NCBI GenBank assembly: GCA_021432655.1
Contig: MU271265.1
Span: 1-64,000 of the forward strand
Origin: Atractiella rhizophila
Taxonomy: Eukaryota
DNA length: 64,000 nucleotides
Direction: 5' to 3'
The notes beneath the pieces are model-generated. The model did not search any database, had not been told where the DNA came from, and saw only the letters and a list, made by a program, of their open reading frames with translations. Every line of letters starts with the position of its first letter. Positions within the stretch are counted from its first letter, which is position 1. The translations under genes were made by a program, and so were the position numbers. Shown here one piece after another: positions 56,853 through 64,000 of the stretch.

Positions 56853-57270
56853 ATTACAGCATCAGTGACGTCCCCAATATTGCTTCCAATCCGCATATGA
56901 ACAATCTTGCCTCGGCGTATTCCGAGTCCATATTCAAGTTGCCTGAGATACATCCCTGGACGTAACCATCATAAATCAATGTGACAATAATCACTGGTAG
57001 CCGTGAGGTTGGGCCTGAGGTTGTATCTCATGAATCTCACGGTGCGCTGACTGGCTGAAATTCCTAATTTCACATCTTGAAATAGTAGCCGGCTGCTTTT
57101 GTGAATGAATTTGTTCTAGCTGATGGGAGCTTGAAGCTGCCTGGAGAAACAATTTGATGATGTTAATTACTGCAAGCAGCGATCAAGGTGAAGCTACTGC
57201 GTAAACCTTGTCTTTTTGACAAAGACCAAGATCAACTTTGAAGAGCCAGTGCACCAGTGAACAGTGGAGC

Positions 57271-60140
57271 ATGAGCTGCCCGCACCTCCCTCAACTGCTT
57301 CCATACGCCTCTCCGCCACGGTCATCCGACGCAGTGCATCGGGAAGAGTGCACGCAGTGTTTCGACACCCAAGACTCGCCTAACGGAGTCGACGTCTGCC
57401 TCAGCTGTTACAATGGCGGATGCTGTGATAACGAGAGCGAGAGACAACACGCAAAGTTGCATTGGAGGAAGAATAGACATCCGATCGTTGTCAACGTAAA
57501 GAGGAGGAGGAAGCAGTTGCCGAAACGCGTACGTTGCTCACTCATCTTTCATACCTGTGGATGGCATGGACGTTGAGATCGGGTTTGTTTCTCGACAGGA
57601 TGATGGCGAACCACCGTTGAAGAAACTTGCAATAAGGGAAGAAGACGATTCGAAGAAATATGATTACACCACAACGCTCAAATGCTACCAGTGTTCCGAA
57701 GGAGGCACCATTCTTCCAGATGAGCAGCAGAAGGACGCAGCTGCACAAAAGATCGTCGAGGGGATCATGAGCGCGATGTCATCAGCAGAGAAGAGCGATG
57801 TGAAGGCATGGGAGATGAACGTCACGTCTTGCTTACACATTGATGCTCTGGAGCAACAAGAAGGGAAGAAAATCGAGCCCGCAGGTTCGTCCTCGAAGAT
57901 ATTGTGGACGATCAGCATACTAAGAGAGGAGGGAACAGGACTCGCCAAGTGCTCAGCTTGTGATCTCACTAGCAACCTTTGGCTTTGTTTAACATGCGGA
58001 AATCTCGCGTGTGGTCGACAGCAGTTTGGTGGGGTTCTAGGTAATGGACACGGAATGCAGCATTGGGAGACACATGCACATCCCGTCGCCGTCAAGCTTG
58101 GTACCATCACTCCTGAGGGCACTGCAGGTACGTTTTCGCGCCAGCTTTATTCGGTGGAGAAAGTTGCTGATGCAATAAAGTAGATATCTATTGCTACCAG
58201 TGCGACGAGGAGCGGACAGATCCCAAGCTGAAAGACCATTTGGCCAACTGGGGAATCGAGGTGGCGGCGCTGACCAAGACCGAGAAGTCTCTTACAGAAC
58301 TGGTATATTCTCCTCATCATCCCAGAAGGATGCTCATATTTGTGTTGCATTCATAGGAACTGGAACAAAATATGAAATTCGACTTTGCAATGACGGGAGA
58401 AGACGGGAAGGACCTTGAGCCTCTCTTCGGCGCTGGGCTCACAGGTCTACGGAACTTAGGAAACAGGTTCGCGCCATTGATTTCCAATCAGCCTCTCTAA
58501 ATAAAAGTGCACAGTTGCTACATGGCTTCCGTCCTCCAAACACTCTACTCGCTGCCTAAATTCAAAGACCGGTATCTTAACAACTACGTTGCCCATGCTC
58601 TCGCTTGCAAGAAGCCTCCAGCGACCTGCGTAGAGTGTCAGATGTCCAAAATCGCTGACGGCCTCCTGTCCGGTCGGTATTCTGTCCCGCGACCCCTCAC
58701 GGAGGACACTCACGTTGGGGAGACGGACGAGAAGCGATTCCAAGAAGGAGTTCGACCTTCCGCTTTCAAGGGTTTGATAGGGAAGGATCATCCGGAGTTC
58801 TCGACGATGAGACAGCAGGATGCGGATGAGTTCTTGAAGCATCTACTTAAGGTGTTGAAAGTGGATAATAAGCGGCTGGAAGGCGGCGCAAAGGGAGAGG
58901 GAGAGAAGGTCTTCGACCCGACTGCTGTGTTCGGGTTTGGGATGCTTCATCGCTTACAATGTGGGGAGTGCAAAGGTGTAAGATATCGGACAGATGAGGT
59001 AGAGGCGTTGAGCATTCCGGTTCCTGCACGGGAGGTGAAGGCAGAGGTGGAGGAGAAGGATGAGAAGCCCAAGAAGGTGAAATACGAAGAAGTGAGATTG
59101 GAAGAGTGTCTCGACTTATTGACTGGGACGGAAGCGCTGGAGTATACGTGTCCTAAGTGTGAAAAGAACGTGATCGCCACCCAGTGCGTGCCTGAATGCT
59201 TTTTCTTCAAGGAACCGAATCTAACTGTATATGCAGGACCACCAAATTCTCCACTTTCCCTGACGTCCTCGCAATTCACGCCCGCCGCTTCCAACTCGTC
59301 AACTGGGTCCCTCAAAAGCTCGAAATCCCGATACTCGTACCCTTCGACTCCATCAACATGGACAAATATCTCGGTCAAGGAAAACAAGCTGACGAAACGG
59401 ACCTCCCTGATACTGATGGTCCCTCCACCCCCGAAGTGTCCTTCAACGCTGAAGCACTTGCACAGTTGGAGGCGATGGGATTCCCAACTCTCAGATGTCA
59501 GAAGGCACTACTGGCGACTGGAAATGCAGACCCGAATGCAGCGATGGAATGGTTGTTTGCCCATATGGACGATGCTGGTTCGGAGATCTTCTGCTCCTTT
59601 CAGGTTTGTTATAATGTTGATGAACAGACATCGATGAGCCCATCAAATCTGCAACTTCAGGAAAAAGAAGCGACGAACCGTCTGAAGAGCAAGTGGGCAT
59701 GATAAGCGAGATGGGATTCACGCTCGCTCAGGCCAGGAAAGCGCTTCGTGAGACGGGAGGGAACGCCGAACGAGCCATCGAATGGCTGTTCGCTCATCCG
59801 GACGACTCTGGGGAAGAGGATATGACAGTCGATAGGCTACCTGAAGGATCAAGTTCGGTTATTGCCGGTTCAGCCATTCTACCAGCAAACTATCGGTTGA
59901 AGGCTTTCATTTCACACAAAGGCCCTTCGGTTCATTCGGGCCATTATGTAGCGCATATTTGGGAGGGAGAAGAAACCGGATGGGTGCTCTTCAACGATGA
60001 GAAAGTGCGTTCTTCGTACAATTCAGAGAATACTTGTGCTAATGTGGCTACGTGAGCAGGTCGTGAGAGCGGAGGGGGGTGCTCAGAGCGCAAAGGATTT
60101 GGCGCCTTTCGCTTATGTCTATGTTTACGAAAGGATTTGA
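57271..60140 (+). CDS. UBP14: Ubiquitin C-terminal hydrolase 14 (USP5/isopeptidase T orthologue)
   Basis: VHREECTQCFD, ZnF-UBP NLWLCLTCGNLACGRQQFGG..GNGH, Cys box GLRNLGNSCYMAS, QQDADEF, two UBA domains (AMGF, EMGF) and His box HKGPSVHSGHYV. Confidence 0.95.
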
Positions 60141-60217
60141 AGGACAAGAACATGTATCAAATGGTGTGACGCCAACAGTGTACGCAAAGGAAATACAATT
60201 GCATGTAGAAGCATAAC

Positions 60218-60486
60218 ATAGGTCGTAAAGTATCACGTGCGTTGGTCATCATCATCATCAGGGAGCGAATTGGCTCGTAAAAACATCGAACAGGGTTCTC
60301 CCTCTACCCACTCACGATCTCCCATAAGAGGGACGATATGGGCTTCTGAGATTCTCTCGTGATTGGGGGTCGTTATTCTTTTCATTTGTTTTTCTTTCGG
60401 GGCGATTCCTGGTTATCACTTCAGCTGCAGCAAGTACGACTCAACAAGGGTCGAACAGTGTCGCTCCTTCAGTTAAAACGACCTGT
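60218..60486 (+). ncRNA. Candidate structured RNA element, family unassigned
   Basis: Five nested complementary segments plus a side hairpin, with G-U pairs on the + strand (see findings). Confidence 0.35.
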
Positions 60487-60587
60487 ACTTCTTAAAAAAC
60501 GATAAAATCAATCAAGCAGGAAGTCAATATCTTATTCTTGCATTCTCATTGTAGCTTAGCTTCACTGGCAAATTGGTGGTCATCACG

Positions 60588-63500
60588 ATGAGTGCTTGGT
60601 CTGTAGCAGCAGCTAGCTATTCTTTATCTCCAATTACGACTCTTCAATTCGACTTCCTCCAAGAATTATTATGGTCCGGAAATTCTCAAGGTTACGTCTC
60701 TTCATGGTTCACAACAGACGATTCCACCTCTTCCACCTTGAATCGCTATACCTCTTACAAGGCTCACAATCTCTCTCAGACCCATCAAATCCTTTCTAAC
60801 GATCGCGGAATCCTTTCTTTGGGAATGGATTCGGTCAAGCTAGCTAATCGCAGGGGATTATGCCAATGGCAATACCAGGAACGAAACATCGCGTTGTCGA
60901 ACATGGCACATTCTCCCATCAAGAACAGCGAAGTCGTGGTCGCAGCCTCTTCCACTAACTCCCTTCTTTCATCCAGCCTCGCACATAGGCATGAACTCCT
61001 ACTTTTAAATGTTGCGACTGGCACTTTGCTCAAACGGACAGGGATAACAAGCCCCACTTCCCATATCAGAACATCGAAGAATCTTCTTTGTTGTGCTCAG
61101 CTCGATGGGACGATTGTTCTGCGTGAACCGAGGGAATATAGGATCTCGAGGACTTTGCCTGCTCACACAGGAGGGATATCGGCTTTGGAAGTGGGAGAGA
61201 ACACCCTTTACTCCCTGGGCTACACGATCCGGTAACCTTTTCGTTCATTTCTTTCACAATAGGACTTCATGAGCTGGGATCACAGACAAGGAGTCCCAAT
61301 CATTGATCCGCACGTCAAGATCTACGATATCCGGGCGATGAAAGCTCTCGCTCCTGTACCAACCTCAATCTCTCCATCTTTTCTCAAGGTTCATCCAAAA
61401 AAGTCAAATAACATATATCTTGCTGCGACCGATGGTCGATGGAAGTATATTGATGTGGACAACCAAGGAGACTTCGAGTTCAATCACGTATGGTTCCTAG
61501 TTCCTCCAACCCGATTTTTCTCACCAGTCGAACAGGTAGAAGTCAACTCTTACCTCACAGCATTCGATATCTCCCCAACAGGCGACTATTTGGCATTTGC
61601 GGATGCAGAAGGCACCATCACATTGTGGTGTCACCCAGAGAGCGGCCCTAACTCCAGCCTGTACGTCAGTGAGATCGTCCTTCCAACTCCTCCAGAACCT
61701 ATCCACAAGATTGCGTGGGATGATGCAACGTAAGTTGTTCCTTCCTGCTGGTATCAAAACCAACCCAAATACAGCCCATTGAGTTCGATCCCCATGCCGG
61801 AAGCTCGAGGTCCTCTACTTTCCGAATTTGCGCCGCAACATCTGAAGACGAAGTACTCCTTCCGGGCAGCGCCAAAGATCGATCCAGAAATTCTCGCCAA
61901 CGCGAAAACGGTTGACGGGGTGCGATATGCGACTTTACCCAAAAGGCAAATCCGTAACCAGGTCCCGCCTTTAGAAGCGAGCAGGACAGGAAGTGAGAGG
62001 AAGCTAGCTGTCCCTCTTTTCCGAAGCGAGAAAGAAAAGGAGCGTCAGAGAGATAAGGAGAGTCATGACAGGAAGAGGAAAGACTTAAAAGGAAAGGGCA
62101 AAATGAAGGTAAGTTGAGATTTGCAATGGACGAGAAAGCTGAAATGGGTGTAGACAGGTGACGAAGAAGACGCCACAGAGGCAGATCTTACGCGAACATC
62201 TATACCTCCGTATTATGGAAAGGTCGAAATCAAATACAGCAAGTTTGGTATTGAAGATTTCGACTTTGGGTTTGTGTTTACGATTTGAATACAGCCCTGC
62301 TAAGTTTGACACAGGTTTTACAACAAGACCAAACTCAGCGGGTTAGAGACGCACGTCGTTAACTCTTACGTCAATCCAATCCTACAAGTCTTGCGCTTCA
62401 TTCCACCGTTTCGCCAAGTTGCCGCTTCTCACATTGCCGAGTCTTGCGCAAAAAACGGGTGTCTTCTGTGCGAACTCGGATTCTTGTTCAAGATGTTGAG
62501 GGATGCTAAGGGTCAGAACTGTCAAGCAAGCAACTTTTGCCGAGCGTTTACAGCTGATTTGAAAGGTATGTTGTACCCAGAGGAACCCAGCTTTGGCTGA
62601 AGTCCATCGTTTGGTAGCTGGCGCCTTTGGACTGTTGGATATAGACGAAGGAGCCTCCTCGAACGTTCCTTATTCTTCCCTGATCCAGCTTTTCAATCGG
62701 TACGTTGTCGAGACAACGAGCGTCGAATGCGACATTCCGAAGCCGGGGAAATACTGCTTGAATCGGTCCATGGTACATATGCAGACCTTGCCCAGCGTCA
62801 TCAAGCAACTTTTCGAGATGACTGCTCAAACAACTGAGATTTGTCAGACTTGCGGGAACAAAGCTTTTCGGGATTCTTCATCTCTCGTCACCGATCTGGT
62901 CTATCCTAGAAAGGCAAGCACGACTGCATATAACGTCCTTTACTGACTTCAACCAGCCCTTGTCCAACGAACCACCACCGGCGACCGACTTTCCTTCCAT
63001 TCTGCAACGGTCAATCAACCGCGAGAGCGTAGGGAACACGACTTGCGTTAATTGTCGTCGTCAATCACATCAGCAAAGCAAGAGAACTGTCTCCTCATCA
63101 TTACTGCCTCCGGTTTTGTCCATCAATAGTGGAGTTCAGGCACCAGAACAGCTTGAGGTCTGGCTCGATAGTCCGTCCAAAGGTCGCTTTCTTCAACCTC
63201 GAATCGAATTTTACAGGCTCGGTGAATCTATTGCGGTACGAAATGCTGCACAAACGGCAAGTAATACTGTGTATGAACTCAGGGCGAGTATCATTCTCTA
63301 CTTAGGCGATCTGCTTCTGAAATTATCACAGGCACTTGTCTTCCAAGTACAAACTGAAGAGGATCCAGCCCACTTGGTAGCTGCTATAAAAGGTATGAGG
63401 TGCCCCGCTGCATTATTATTCTGACAATGTGTCTGAAGTGCCAGCGAATTCAGATTCGGGGATCAAGAAGGATGCCTGGTACCTCTTCAATGATTTTCTG

Positions 63501-64000
63501 GTTCGCCAGATATCAGAAGAGGAAGCATTGTCTTTCTCAGGCACATGGAAGATCCCTTCGACACTCTACTTCACCAGGGTCGACTGCGATAACCTGCTGG
63601 ATTTTTCGACACTACCCATGAAGATCGAGCCATCTATTTTGTTTCATGAACACAGCGTTAACAGGTTCGTCCGTTTTTGACCGCAATAGAGTTGCCAAAC
63701 TGTCTTCGTAGACCCAGAGACCCGAAGCTCCACCGCGTTTTGCAGCCAAACGAGTTACCACAGAAAGGTACCATAGTCGCTCTCGATGCTGAATTTGTTT
63801 CTCTCCAACAAGTCAGATTTTAGTCTACAACTTAGATATCAGTACTCATGTGAATTGCAGGAGGAAGTCGACTACTTTTCTGACGGCCGAAAGTTGGTTT
63901 TACGACCTGCAAGGATGTCGTTGGCTCGGGTCAGCGTGTTGCGTGGAGATGGACCCTTGAAAGGAACGCCATTCATCGACGACTACATTGAGACCACAGA
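60588..64000 (+). CDS. PAN2: PAN2 poly(A) deadenylase catalytic subunit, truncated by the window end
   Basis: N-terminal WD40 (QELLWSGNSQG; DPHVKIYDIR), VEIKYSKFGIEDFDF, pseudo-UCH SGLETHVVNSYVN, CLLCELGFLF...NCQASNF, WYLFNDFLV and DEDD exonuclease start VALDAEFV. Confidence 0.95.

Noticed and set aside
60244..60475. Box C/D snoRNA or hammerhead reading on the minus strand (CTGA-stem-TGATGA; CTGATGA)
   Set aside because: TGATGA comes from a (CAT)n microsatellite, no hammerhead stem II/GAAA follows, and G-U pairing favours the + strand.
62330..62400. Missing catalytic Cys in the PAN2 UCH domain
   Set aside because: Known property of PAN2 proteins (pseudo-UCH).

Overview
Gene-dense, intron-rich fungal nuclear DNA. 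The gene set and intron style suggest a basidiomycete, but this is an inference. About 27 protein-coding genes, mostly housekeeping: MRPL31, CGR1, WRAP73/Wdr8, a DUF4203 membrane protein, SERCA-type Ca-ATPase, ATP12, two nucleotide-sugar/TPT transporters, CMS1, RPC40, two tandem FAD oxidoreductases, NDUFV2, BCKDH E2, a GH5 glycosylceramidase-like enzyme, a 10-exon ubiquitin E2, a bHLH factor, SIP5, an HVA22/REEP protein, Cys2, UBP14 and PAN2. MRPL31 and the E2 are absent from the ORF track and were rebuilt by manual splicing. The main accessory zone is 48-57 kb, where a DHA1 MFS transporter gene is hit by three insertions: a TpA-rich LTR-like insert, a TpA-rich insert flanked by a 20-bp duplication, and a 2.2-kb hAT transposon with intact TIRs and an 8-bp TSD. 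Other signals are three exact intragenic tandem duplications at 7-15 kb (probably assembly artefacts), a 326-bp identity tract between the oxidase paralogues, and a ~270-nt nested-helix RNA-like fold between UBP14 and PAN2 that I cannot assign to a known family. All calls come from reading the sequence; no searches were run, and some gene ends are approximate.
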